DNA of 64,000 nucleotides from Psilocybe cubensis (taxonomy: Eukaryota), in contig CM039005.1 in NCBI GenBank assembly GCA_017499595.2, positions 2,852,001 through 2,916,000 of the forward strand. Reading direction: 5' to 3'. Made by a program: the position numbers and the translations under genes. Below are positions 49,890 through 63,540 of this stretch, piece after piece (within the stretch, counting starts at the first letter, position 1; each line of letters begins with the position of its first letter). The notes beneath the pieces were generated by a model. That model did not search any database. It was not told the DNA's origin and was given only the letters and a program-made list of their open reading frames with translations.

Positions 49890-51960
49890 TTGAATTGATT
49901 CAATGGATGACGCATATTTTTTACGCGCAGTGGTGAGCGCTGTTCACCTCAAAGTGAAATGCAGTGCTTGAGCGCAGGCCACTGTGGAACATGATTCTAA
50001 AATCTATCTTGCTTGCTCAAAGACCCTATTTATATACTGACTCGAGGTCTGAAGGTCACTTTGAGACATTCATATATTATCCATCTAACCGCTAAAATTC
50101 CGGGTGCGTAAGTTTGAAGGGCAGTCCACACCAAAACATGTTTTCATTTATCAAAAGTCTTTTTTTAAACTAAACAATCTTTAATAGATATTCCTCGAGG
50201 CAATGTTGTGGTACAATAAGATAAGCATATTAATTATATAGTTCGTGTGATTGATTGATTATCTCGGACTATACTCGGACTCTTTCCAACTCGGACCCAT
50301 GCCTTCCATCGATGTCGTCTCGTCAACCTATCAAGCCTCCTAGCTCACTCGTATATCTCACAAGCGCGTCAGAATCCATAATGAAACAGTTATAATCGCC
50401 TACGTTCATGGAAAACTTGTTAGTGGAGTCTAGTAGATCATTTTTCATGAATATGTGCTCACTGTCTACGAGCCTTAGGCTTATATCCGTCACAGTCGGG
50501 TCGTCGACCTTGACTCATTGGTCTTCCCGTTACTGTGTCCAAGCGCGTTCTCGCAGCTTGGCGTCAACGCCGTCCATCAATCGTTGTCGTCTTTCTCCCT
50601 ACTCTTTGCAATTCTCCAGCTTCCCTCTCAAACACCACCCCGTCTCTTTCCTTTCTTGCCTCCGCATGTAGAGGGGGAAGATCATGCGCATCAACCATTC
50701 CCCTGACCATATCTTCTGTCAGCCACACTGGTATGAAAGATAGAAACAAACATATTACCTTCGAACTGCTGTTGCGGCAGATGTGCCATCATTCTGCTCA
50801 ACGGGACTTATCCCGGAAGCTGAATGTTTCTGGCAGTCTACGTGATCGAATATTGAATGGTTTATTTCTGTCTTTCCTTCTTCTGTGTGGCCAGAATATG
50901 GATGTACAGATAATCGTGTGTTGGGATACCCTCCAAGAACTGTTTGGTTCGATACTTCTTGGAATGGCGGAATGGTAGGGTCTCCAGTGGAGGTTATCCG
51001 TGGCTCTGGGTAGATTTGATGCGCATCATAGTCATGGTGAAAGATGTCCATGTTTTGGTTAAGTGATCCATTCAGCACTTCTGGGAATACCAATGGCTTA
51101 TCAGTTGGAAATTGGCCTACAGGAATGTCGCATCCAAAGTGATCTGTATCAGGATATTCGACGCTGTTTGAGCCTGAAGCTCCCTCATGCTCAGCATGGT
51201 ATGTACCACGGTATGCTTCTATGTCATCCAAAGAACTATTTGCCCCTTCAGAGTCGGATAGGCGCTGTTCTCCGTGACTGTTTGACGGGAGCGGAACTGG
51301 AGGAGGAGGAGGGTGGTGTGTATTGGGTGTGATCGGGACGTATTCTTCCCAATTCAATGGCAATGTACTGCCAAAAATCTGTTGGAAAAGGTTGTCGGGG
51401 ATGAACCATATACTGGGATCAATCATGGTGCCCCCGCTTTCCGATGAGGAACCTTTGTAGACTCCCGATAAGCGTGTATCTTACAAGATCATAAATGCGC
51501 TCACCTTCAAGGTACGTCGAGGTTAGCTGAATGGCTGAAGTCCCTTGCGCCGGTGTAGCGGCATCGGCAAAATCAAACGTGTTGGAAGACATGGGATACA
51601 GTGCTTGAAGAGCTTAGAGAGATTTACAAAGACAAGCAAGCTTTATGTGAACAAATTTGGATCTGTCCAAGCGCTTTTATAAAGGAAGACCACTCATATT
51701 TACACGCGTAAGTCTCATGTCTGAATACAAGCCCGTAATCCACGCAATACAAACCTGTCGATCGAATTTACACAGTTCCTTACCTCGCCCGCTCTCGCAT
51801 TCAAGTTCTGCAAACACATCTCGGAAACATCTGATTGCTATAACAGTAAAATGACCTCATGGGTCTCCGGAAATGCACTTCCGGTGAAGTTGCCACCTCG
51901 TGTCTTTGTTTTCCGCAGTTCACCACATATTCTCATGCATTTCATAGCCGCGGAGTGGCT
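49890..51960. repeat. Direct segmental duplication, copy 1 (copy 2 ~56215-58620)
   Basis: ORFs 51657-51854 and 58262-58459 are near-identical, as are 50408-50671 and 56872-57126. Flanks align. Confidence 0.9.
50564..51592 (-). CDS. Orphan disordered protein (family member 3)
   Basis: MSSNTFDFADAATPAQG, an intron, then a long exon 50755-51426 ending ATAVRR/gtaat. The 3' end is uncertain. Confidence 0.55.
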
Positions 51961-53687
51961 TTACAAGCTTCGGTGTAAAGTGATACGGTAGGTCTCTATA
52001 CTACCGGACCGCTGAGGAGAAATTTAGGCAACGAGAACCACATTCAATGTACCCGTGATACCGGTGCACAAGACGCCAAATTGTAATCTTATTACTTACC
52101 ATTCCTTCAAGATACGTCAGAAAGTTCAAACAGATCAAGGTCGTGGACACCTTGATGTTTAAGAGATGGGGTATTTGTTTCAAACGTCAAGTGTCAATGC
52201 AAAAGGTTTCTCCTGTTTCACAGCTATTGGCGGTAGTGCACAAAAAGACACTATCACGCTGCCTACACAACCGAGCCTGTGAGTTCACTTAAACCACAGA
52301 CAATATAACCCACTTCCGTATGAGTATGCAAAGCATTAGTTGCGATAGACGGTTTTCAGGTTTTGAAGCTACCAAGAAAACAAGGGATTACAGAAGACAC
52401 CAAGGCCGAGGGGTACGATGTCAAGCAGTGTAAGTGAGGAGAAACATTGGCCATTCAAAGACGCTGTAGCAATAAAGATAGAGGATAGCTGAGTGGGTAT
52501 CGACTCGAAACCCAGTGTAGCGAGCTCATCGAGGGCAGTGGGACGGAACAAGGGATGGATACTCTCAGTGGCATTAAGTGCATTGGCTTCAGTTCCGCAG
52601 GCCGTGGATCTGGGTGATGGTCAGAAAGGCCTAACAGAACAGAACTTGATAATCATATGCCCAGCTTAACTCAGGGAGGGAATACGGCGCAGTTCGTGAT
52701 CAGGGATGGTTGACATGTGTTCAGCCGTTGGCCCTTACGCTTGCAGACAGGATATGCTCAGTAGTATGGGTAGAGCGGGATAAAGAGTGGAACATTAAAA
52801 ACGTGAATGTGTTGGCCACCCAGCGTATTTCCATGCCTGAAAATTTCTGGCAACCTAGCACCAGCTGAAAGGAAAGTGACAATAAAAACAGGGGACTCAA
52901 CTGTTTCAACACCAAGCAGATTAGCGTCAATGAAGGTGTAACCAACGAATTTCAGGCTTCATAAATTGTTCATGAGAGTTACACGTGCGATGCGAATAGC
53001 ACTCACCGCGGTTGTAGATTCTTACATTCCATTTCACAAGCTTTGTCACAGGTGGTGAAAGGTACGCAAGCTACCATTCTGTTGGAGACAAAACTGAGTA
53101 TAGACGAGTCAAAGGTGTGTAAAGAATTACCTGAAAGCAGGCCAGCTCCAAAATACAAAGTGTACTTGAGCTAGACTCACGAAGATGGGGCAAAGTGGAA
53201 GTATGAATAGATACACGACTCGCATCATCGCGCAATTAAATTCCGATATGATCCGATGACAGGCTGAGCTCGGAATAATTTACACTCCGCTATCCTCACA
53301 ACTGGTCTACGGCTGCTGAATCAGCATGACCGTTCCCGACCAGCACCGATGCTCAGCGCTGTGGATCGTACCCCACGCACAATTGTACTGATAAGTGAGC
53401 ACATGTGTTCATGTTGATTGATTGGAATCGTATTTTTTATCGAGTTCCAGATTTATCGCAGCGGCAGAACGGAGCGTTGTCTGGTCTAGTTTCTCCTACT
53501 TCTCAATCACATCATCGGAGAAAATTGGACAATTAAGTATTCATGATATATATATACTGCAAAGCCATCGTGCTTCTCAGACAGAACCCTCCTTTCTATC
53601 AACTACGCTCCCGTAAAAGCGGGGTGGCTCCTCCATCTCTCCTCCAGAAGAACCCCCACTCCTTAAGGACGCCAACGAGAGAGTTGT

Positions 53688-55045
53688 TTACTCTACTGCT
53701 CTATGGCATAGCATGCACTTCTTTGCCCAGTTATTTGCCAAGTCAGAGCGATGACCTTGTCCTGGACTCTTTGTTGGCCCCGTGTAGGTCTTCACCGGTT
53801 CGCCCCTACCATCGACACCGCGCTTCTGGCACACGCATACCTTGTCCTTGGCCGCCGTATGGCTCTTTCCCGACTTCTTTCGGGATTTGGTAGACCTAGA
53901 GGCGCAGAACACGAGATATTGTATATTAATGTTGAAATATTCTCTGCACCAATTCATGACTCGTACCTCGGATTATGGTCCCTTGTCATACCTCTCTTGG
54001 GTTTCCCATTCGCTCCTTGATCTACATCCATTTTCATGGGCCTGTCAATTTGTGATTAGCCAATGTCTACGAAGAAGGGGGGATGGAACCAAATTCCACA
54101 TACCTTTGAACGTGGGTTGGTGAATACCCCAGCATCACATTAGGGAGTATCCCGCTTACCGGGATGTCTTCCAGCTCTAACGTTCTTTGGTTTATCCTTC
54201 TTTCTTCGTCATTTGTGCTATCGAGTGTCAGCTCATGGTGATGACGTCTACGCAGATGTGTCACATCACTGGCCACGGGGTACAAATCCTGTTTTTGCTG
54301 CCCATACTGTGACCTGTAGAGAAGCCTTGCTGTATGTGGGGGCGAATACCTAGGAGAGAAAGGCAGATACATAGGCGATGTGCGCTCCAGACCTGTACTA
54401 CCCCCGATGCCAGAGGTGTACCTGTTACCGCGATGTTCATCAATGATAGGCTCCGCAAAATTTGTTCCAGATATTAGGGTTTGCGGGGGGTGAAACACAT
54501 TGGCTTCCATTGGCTTTGGCGCATAGCTAATACAATATGCGTTATCCAGATCCATAGTGTTATTGGTACGAGAGGCATCGTTGTTGTCATAACCTGCAAT
54601 AGAAAATTCACTAAATCTTGGTTCGGAATGGAGATCCTCGAATGAATTGTCATCCACACTGGGCTCAAACGTGTTCAGTTCGTCTCCAGTTTCAGTTCCA
54701 GAGAAGGAATTTCCAGTGCCATATCTGCCGGTCAGAGTCAGCCCCTCATCTGAAAGGGACTGTGGTTCTTGTGGAGATGGAAATAAATCCAGAGGTATAA
54801 TGGGATCGGTTCTAGACGGATACTGAAGAATCATGTTCGCTGGAAATATAAAGTCTGACGAAGCGGACGTGACTGGAGGTTGACTTAGTGACGTTGCGAC
54901 GTTGCTTTGACTTGTATGTTCGGGGTTGACTGTGGACGGTGCTGCGTTGGGTGAGTAAAATCTTTGAATTGAGATTCAATGACGCTCTACCTGTAGGGCT
55001 GATTCCAGATACTCCTTCATTTACAGATGCTGGACGGCTTTCCAT
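53688..55045 (-). CDS. Orphan disordered protein (possible family member 4)
   Basis: Exon ORFs 54812-55045, 54067-54834 and 53688-53957. The upstream block 55130-55350 is homologous to 49820-50045. Confidence 0.45.
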
Positions 55046-55850
55046 GATTATTAGCTGGTGTAATTGTGCGAAGAGTAGAGGTAATAGATGTGATAAGACG
55101 AAGAAATATGCAGGAGAAGCTATTGGAATAAGGTTTTAAATAGTCGACGTTCACTACAACGTCGTGGAGGACGTGAGGTTACAAGGCCTGCATTCACTAC
55201 TCTACTTGACTCAGTGGCCGACACAAAAATAGACGCGGTGGTTGGGCGCTGTTTACCTCAAAGTGAAATGCAGTGCAAGTGAACAAGTCATTACTGTACA
55301 TGAATTCATAACTGCACTTCTTGCTCAACAATTCCTTTTTTATACTGACTCCAATTCACAAGTCCACAGCCAGGCTTTTGATTAATGGTTTTTCGATCGT
55401 GGCAGGAGTGGTGCCGTAGCTTGAACTCTCCTTTTGGCTAACCTCAAGGTGCAAGTGAGGTCATCATATATTATTAGCTTTCCAACATACTCTGGATGAA
55501 ATGTCGAGGAGCATCAGCCTCAAGAAAGTTTTGCAGAGGATCTTCTAAGAAATTGTCCTTCTGATGTGATAGAAAACGGAGCCGACTCCTAGGTCTTTGC
55601 GAAGGAGCGTGAGTGATTGATCTTGAATCTTTCAGCACGTCTGGGGAATTTTAAGATCTACCGGAATAACGCGGAGCCGACAGGCTGAGCTCGGAATAAT
55701 TTACACTCCGCCATCCCCACGACCGTTGACGGCCGCTTAATCAGTATGACCGATCGTACTCTGCACACGATTCTACTGATAGGTGACCAGATGTGTTCAC
55801 ATTTATTCATTGGAATTGTATTGTCTGTCGAGTTCCAGTCTAGTCGATTC

Positions 55851-56190
55851 ACAGGCCAAGACAATCAAGGAAACGAGGATCGACCTTTGCCCAATCTACA
55901 AAGCACTTCCAGCTGATTAACAATGAGGTAAAGGCATGATGAAATGTTTCTTATGAATATATTATGGTGTGATTTTCATCCGATGCTACACAATATGTTT
56001 ACCCAATGAAATCTCTTTGTCGTCTACACATTTAAATCCCGCCGGAGGCGACATGCAGATATTTAGTCTCCCCTTGAATTTACTGATAACCATTGACTCC
56101 ATAACGCATGCCTAAGAACAGGCCTCATGCCAACCTCATGGCGTACAGATGCAAATGCTAGATAATCGTCAAAACACTGTCTCTAACCCA
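55851..56190 (+). pseudogene. Orphan fragment of the laccase last exon plus 3' flank
   Basis: cgacctttgcccaatctacaaagcacttccagctgattaacaatgagg matches 44991-45040 ([12 protein letters not shown], with CAA>TAA) and the match continues to ~45310. Confidence 0.88.
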
Positions 56191-56883
56191 GAGTGCTACA
56201 CTAATCCAGAGTGCTACACCAGTTAATCGAATTGGTTCAATGGATAATGCATATTTTTGACGCGCAGTGGTGAGCGCTGTTCACTTCAAAGTGACATGAG
56301 CGCAGACCATTGTAGAACATGATCCCAAGATCTACCCTTCGGTCTCAAATATTCTATCTTTACATTGACTCGAGGTCGAAGAGTGGCTTCGAGGTATTCG
56401 ATCCAGAGGCAAAAATTGGTGCCAGTGAGTTCTATCATGGTCACTTCGCGGCATTCAAATATTATCTATCCAGATGCGAAAGTTCATTCAACGAGCCTCC
56501 AGGCGCGAGGAGGTTTGCCAAATATTAATCTGACATCACATTTGCAGTGCTAGTAAACAGTCCACGCCATAACATTTTTTTCATTTATCAGAGGTCCTTT
56601 TTTATACTAGGCATTCTTTAATAGATCTTCCTCGAGGCAATATTGTGGTATGATAAGATAAGCACAGTTTTAATTACATAGTCCATGTGATTGATTGATT
56701 ATCTCGGACTATACTCGGACTCTTTCCAACTTCCATCGATATCGTCTCGTCAACCTATCAAACCCCCAGCTCACTCGTATATCTCACAAGCGCGTTGGCG
56801 CCAGTGCCGAAACAGTTACGAACGCCTATGTGAATGAATAACTTGTTAGTGGAGTCTAGTAGATCAATTCCTTGAATATGTGC

Positions 56884-58197
56884 TCACTTTTTACGAGTCT
56901 TAGGCCTATATCCGTCACAGTCGGGTCGTCGACCTTGACTCATTGGTTTTCCGGTCACAGTGTCCAATCGTATTACCGCAGGTTGACGGAGATGCGGTGC
57001 AGTAATCACTTTCCTCCTTCCCACTCTCTGTGGTCCTCCGGCTTCCCTCTCAACAGCTGTTCCTGGCACAATTGGATCCGGGTTATGACGGGTATCCAAT
57101 GTACGCCTGGCTGGCTCAACTCCTGATACTGAAATAGGGGCCCTTTGGTTTGTTTCCTGTGGTAAGTTACTTGACCTTCATCGAAAAATGTGTTCATGTA
57201 CCTTGTATGTCTCTTGACATACCTATCGCTCGGTGTCCCATGTATACTGCCTCCATCGACCCGCACTTCACTCTCATTGTTTTGCATTATGCTAATTTGG
57301 CGACCTCTCCTCCGGCTACTATATTTTTCATCACTCACAGTTGTATGAAGGATGGAAATAGGAATATACCTTCGAACTGCCGTTGAGACAGATGTACCTG
57401 TACTCTGCTCAACGGGACTTGTCCCGGAGGCTTGACCTTCCTGACGGTCTTCATGGTCGAATGTGTTCTTATTATCTGTCTTTCCTTCTTCTGGTTGTTC
57501 AGAATATAGTTGTAAAGACAAGTGTGGGTCGGGATACCCTCCAAGAAATATTTGGTTCAATGCTTCTTGGAATGGCGGAATGGTAGGGTATCCAGGGGAA
57601 GTCATCCATGGATTTGGGTAGATTTGATTCGCACTATAGCCATGGTGCAAATCGTCCATGCGTTGGTTAAGTGATCTCTGGAGCTCTTCTGGGGATACCG
57701 TTGTTTTATTGGTTGGAAAATGACCCAGACGGACGTCGCATCCAAAGACATTGGCATCAGAATATAAGACGCCGTTTGAGCCTGAAGCTCCCCCATGCTC
57801 TGCAGTGTGTGTACCACGAGATGCTTCTATATCAACCAAAGAGTTCGTCGCTTTTTTGGAGCTGAATACATGTTCTTCTCCTCGACTGTTAGGTGGGAAC
57901 GGAAACGGAGAAGGAGGGCGGTAGACGTTGGGTGTCTGCGGGAAGTATCCTTCCCAATTCCACCCCAGATTACTGCCAGAATTCTGTTGGAAAAGGTTGT
58001 CGGGGATGAACCATATATTTGGATCAATCGTTGTGCCCCCGTTTTCCAGAGAGGAACCTTTGCAGACTCCCGATAAGCCTGTATCCTAAAAGATCATAAA
58101 TGCGCTCACCTTCAAGGCCCGTAGGTGTTAGCTGAAGGGCTGGAGTCCCTTGCGCTGGGGTAGCGGCATCGGCAAAATCAAACGTATTGGAAGACAT
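56884..58197 (-). pseudogene. Paralog of the 50564-51592 gene (family member 5), frameshifted
   Basis: Same start exon. One extra base near 57960 shifts the frame after IWFIPDNLFQQ relative to the paralog. Homology resumes in ORF 57006-57839. Confidence 0.65.
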
Positions 58198-61100
58198 GGG
58201 ATACAGTGCTTGAAGAGCTTAGAGAGATTTACAAAGTCAAGAAAGCTTTATGTGAAGAAATTTGGATCTGTCTAAACGCAGTTATAAAGGAAGACCACTC
58301 ATTTTTACACGCGTAAATCTCATGTCTGAATACAAGCCCGTAATCCACGCAATACAAACCTGTCGATCGAATTTACACAGCTCCTTACCTCGCCCGCTCT
58401 CGCATTCAAGTTCTGCAAACACATTTCGGAAACATCTGATCGCTATAACAGTAAAATGACCTCATGGGTCTCCGGAAATGCACTTCCGATGAAGTTTCTA
58501 CCTTATGTTTTGTTTTGCACAGTCCACCGAAATACTTCCGCTGAAGTGGCTACCTCATGGCTTTGCTTTGCACAGTCCACCACATGTTCTCACGCATTTC
58601 ATAGCCGCGAGGTGGGAGCACTAAGAAAAGAGCGTGGCTAGCCAGCGTGCGACCTATTTTTGCGGTGTACGCATGAATGCCATTCGGTACAACTGCCTGA
58701 CTTTTTGTTGACCTTGCGTACAAATTGTCTATATTACCTATCTCGTTATAAATCATAGGCGAGATAAAGCATGTTATACGGCTTCCTTTTCATGGGAATA
58801 GGACTCCAGACCAAGTCGTTTAGAGTTTGGTGATGTACTCGTCCATTAAGAGAGAACTGATTCATGTATAGGAATGCTCGCTGATTCGCTGGATGTGCAG
58901 ATAGCCAACTGGTGTCAAAGGTCAGAATATCGTTCAACTACTTTCGCCTCTTTGCAACTCACCTGACTCGATAAAGGCTTCGGTGTAGCATATGTCCCCA
59001 TATCTGTTAAATCCATCAACAAGATCGTTGTGACAAACCAGTAGCTATTGTCCCATGAACCCTTGTTTTGATATCATCGAAGTACATGGGATTCAGAAAC
59101 CTGCATACAAAATATACCAACCTGAAAATTGGCAACGAGTAGAGCATGTCCTGCAAAGATATATCTGTTATTTTCATGCGCATACATCGTGTTGAGGTAG
59201 GCCAACTTGGCTATGGCGGTACCCGCATAGCTGCACTGTAAAATGCGGGTCATATCAGAAGAGTGCTATATATCCTTGTCCTTAGTGATAACTTACCTGC
59301 GTTCCAAAAGAACAATCCTTCCGTCCTTCCGTCTCTAGTCACAGTTTCTACAGGGTCGTAGTAATACACGACGTTGGTGAACAAGAATGAAGGGGCCGCT
59401 GCTACCAAAGACCCGCCGAGTGGCCAGGGTTACTCACGTTCGTCCGTGAACAGAGTGAGATGTCGTGGGCCGATGTGAGCGTGAAGCCGATTCATCTTGC
59501 CGTGGACCACCAGCAACGTTGCAGGTAATTCAAGAGGCTTGTCTTTGACAGCTGAAAGAGGTTTCCGTGGTTTATTTCCAAGGGATGTGAGGTCGTATAA
59601 AGCGGGAAGTGATTGGTGTAACGGGAGAGTAAATGAAGAGCGGTCTGGAAGGGATGCTGTACAATGAAAGTATTGGCACGTTGGACGCGGGGAGGGACTA
59701 AGTCAGAGGATTACATACCTATTTCAGACTATCTTACATATTAAATCATCTCAATGGCCCGGACGCTCTCTCCTACTACGCGATTGGTCATCCTAATACG
59801 TCGGATGAATAGCTTTGTATAGAGCATAGAGCTGGGGAAGACTACAGGCCAATGACCTTGACGATGCCCAAATAGGCCGGCCTGTTTTTCAAAATTCGTT
59901 AATCGAAAGAGAGGATGGAGGGTCTACCTACCAAATATGGCCACAAACAAATCGCTGGCCAGCGATGGCACCCCCCAAAAGAGCGGAGTGGAAGATACTC
60001 CACGCCCAAGGTAGTCTTGATCAGAAACCCAAACGGCCTGGGTCTTCTCTTTGATTTAAGAATCAATCACAAGGGAAAAAACACATTCATCGAATGACCG
60101 CGTCGTCGTTTAGGACTCCGCTTAAAAAATCTCCCACAGTTTGGGTGGCACAGACCATTGTGGGAAATTGAACTCGCAACAGTGTCGGTGTAGAAGCGTA
60201 TGGAAATAATCACTTATTCGCAATACGACAGTGAGGAAGTTATGTAATATGTGGACCACCGGATTCGTAGCTTCGAATGAAGGTTCGTATCCCAATGCCA
60301 TGGAAGCGACCACAGTGTTCTGGAAACACCTCGATACATGATGAGATATGTTTAACAATGGATAAATAGTGGCCCACTCACGAAGTAAATAATGGAAGTG
60401 AGTGGCTCCGATACATCTCTGTTGGCCGATCTCAACATGCCCGCATTTTATAATGCGTGGAAATTCCATCACAATCAAATTCCCGTGTATTTCTAATCAA
60501 GGTGCCACAGGACACTCAAAAACATATAAAAAACCACAAAAATTTGGCTACATTCATATTCATATTCGCACCCCAGTACCGAGCGTACCACCACAGCCAG
60601 TCTAAGCAACTCGTTTATTCGTTGTCAATATGCATCGACAATTAAGCCATTACACGGCTCCCATACCGAGTCCAAGCCAAGCATCTTTCCAGGAGGTTTA
60701 TTCCAATGTCCCGAGTAAGTCTCCCCATTATCAATACATCGTTCAAACACTATTTTAACTCGCATCATCTATTATAGAGTTGATATAAGCGCCATGCGCG
60801 CTAGCGAGGAGATGGAAGGTCACCATCTACACGCCAGAGGAGAAGAACCTTAGTTCTACATCCCACCTCCCCCATTCTATCGTTCCTCCCGCCATACCAA
60901 TCCTCGGCGGCACACTACGTCCACAGTGCGTCAGAAATAGCGTATGGCGTCGAAAGTGTCGTCAAAGAACACGTCGACGCCTCTATCCATTCCCTGACCC
61001 TCTAGGCCGGCGCCGGGCGGGATGCACAATCCGTGCATCTCAAACACCTCATCCGCCCGGTTTCCTGGTAGACCGAGATTCAGTGACCTGGTACTGGGGA

Positions 61101-61939
61101 AGATGGATTTGGAGGAGGGGGCTTAAACCGCCCATAGATCCATGGAGGAAGTCGGCACTAAAGACCTTCAGCTTCAGCCTCCATTAGAGATCATTTCAAG
61201 TTATTATTCGAAAGACTCTGAACAGATAACCAATAGGATATTGTGTGTTGATGTAGCCATTCCCTGACCCTCTATTATAGTATTCAATCAATGAATATGT
61301 TTGTTATTCTGCAATTATTAATCAGTATATGTGCAAGAGAAGAAGTTATAAGCCTTGCCTTCATTTGGCACTGAGTATACAATTCTGACAAGGCATTCAC
61401 AGCTTCCGCCCCTATCTTATCAGCAATTGAACTGACCTGAACCCGTAAAAACTCCGACCACACAAAAAGTGAATGCATGATAAAATTTTACCCTTAATCT
61501 AATCCATCAACACAAATGAGTCAGGCATTGATTTTGAGCGTCCATTGAGGAGGGACTTGCAAACCTCTTTCTCCAGAGAAATTACAATTCCGTTGACAGC
61601 ACATCGCCAAAGAGCAATACATCAAAATTCCATACAAATACATTCCCAAGGCATTGGACCATCCGACTGTCGAGACTCCAGCATCACGACCCGCCGAGAG
61701 GGAAAGAGAGCTCCCTCCTCCCAACCGTTTTGGATGTGCAGGTTGGGGTCGGCCGACGTACCCGGGACCCTGCATATACTATGTCATCGAGGTTAAATGG
61801 TCTCATCCTTACCTTCCTGAGGTGAATTGGAATACGAGGATAGGAAGAACCCAGGAAATACGATTGTGCTATGCAGGGGAGGAATCCTGCACGTCGATGA
61901 AGGCTCGCTCATCCGTTGGTGGGCATACAGAAATCAGCG

Positions 61940-63540
61940 TGGCTGCTCGCGTGCGTGCGTTTTTGCGTGTGCCTGCGTGACAAGCATTTTTGCGCAACAA
62001 CTATGTTCTGCACGCATATTGCTGTGTTCTGCACGCAATGTCACAACGGTGTCACACATAGGGTTGTATCATTTCTCTTTAGTACTCTTTTATTTCGTGC
62101 GTAAGGATGATGGTGGATGCTGTTGTACTGTATTGTTTCAAATGCAATTGATATATCTTTAATGCGCTGCGGCCACACTTGCCTAATTCTTGCCGTGATT
62201 GCATTTGGATTAATTACTAGTCATCTATTCAGCAATCTATGACACACAGAGGTCATTCCTGTGTTCTTTTGACTCCGGTATTAACAAACTGCAATAAAGC
62301 ATTACTAGTACTGCTGGCACGTCCTAAAACACAAGATGGCTTGGCATGCCGTTTTTCTCGGCGTGTCCCCCGAACCAATCTCCGACAGACAAAGCAACTG
62401 TCGGCATTGCAAGTTGTAACCGGCAACCGTTTATGTTCGGTGATGTCCGATCACGTCACCAAGCCTGTGAACTTGGGCGAAAAAAAAAACTGGACATACA
62501 TTTTGCGTCAGTAAACAACAAAGAGCGTGACAACACAGCACGCTAATCGCACTCAGATGTACGCATCCGACACGCAAGCAGCACGCGACCTACTTTCCCA
62601 CGTGCACGCGAGGACGCGCGATGACACGCGATGACACGCGACCCTATTAAATGCGTGTAATTGACACGCAAAAACTTGTAGTTTGCACGCAATGGTCCCG
62701 CAGGTAAGTTCTTCTCGCACGCCAGTACGAACTTAGGCGTTTTCGAGTTGAACCACTTTTGTAAAATATATTCAATCAAAATCTCACTGCAGGTCCCAGA
62801 GATGTTTGCGAAGAGACAATGTTAGAGCGGCTTTCACCCACGTAATGTATCAATGGTGTAGTTTAGTTGGACAACAATTTATATCCACAAAACATTAAAT
62901 ATTGCAGATTTCGAACGTCACCGATTGAGTTTGTGGTTTGGTGTGAGACTTTCCCATACTCAAACCTTGGATGGAGTGGTGGTGGCACCCTTTATAACTG
63001 TGTTAATGCTGTTTGAATCCAAATGTGTTATGGGTGTCCACATGAAATAATATATTCCAGAATTAAATGAGAAGGGATCAACTATACGACGCCTGTCTAT
63101 GATGTTGTTTCATCAGGCCCTTAAAAATCTGCACAAAGCTCGTGAGGAAGACCACTATTGACAATCAAACCTGTTATCAAGTATGAGAAGCAAATTTTAA
63201 TTGACGAGTATAGTACCTTAATAAACTCTAAACGACTTTAGAACAAAGTCCCAACCCAATGCTTATTATAACTAGATAGGTAATATGTAATACTCCTGGC
63301 AGTACTTAGTATACCATGCTAGATGTGAAATTTATGCTGAAATATGCACGCAAAGAACACGCTACATCAATGACGCTGCACGTATTTCAATTACATGCAC
63401 ACGCAAGGTTTGACAACTTGCACGCAAACTCATAAGAAAGTCACGCAAATTTACCGAATGCCATTTATGCGTGCCACGCAAAAATAGGTCGCACGCGGGC
63501 AAGCCACGCTCTTTTCCTGGTGCCCTCCGTTGGTCGTGCA
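61940..63540 (+). mobile_element. Probable decayed DNA transposon remnant with CACGCA-rich arrays
   Basis: CACGC(A)/TGCGTG clusters at 61945-62040, 62520-62725 and 63345-63510 surround broken frames such as DFPILKPWMEWWWHP and MLFESKCVM. Confidence 0.4.

Noticed and set aside
59290-61280. Minus-strand coding-like relic with an 18-bp direct repeat (60987 and 61257)
   Set aside because: No sustained frame or identifiable domain. The repeat alone does not define an element.
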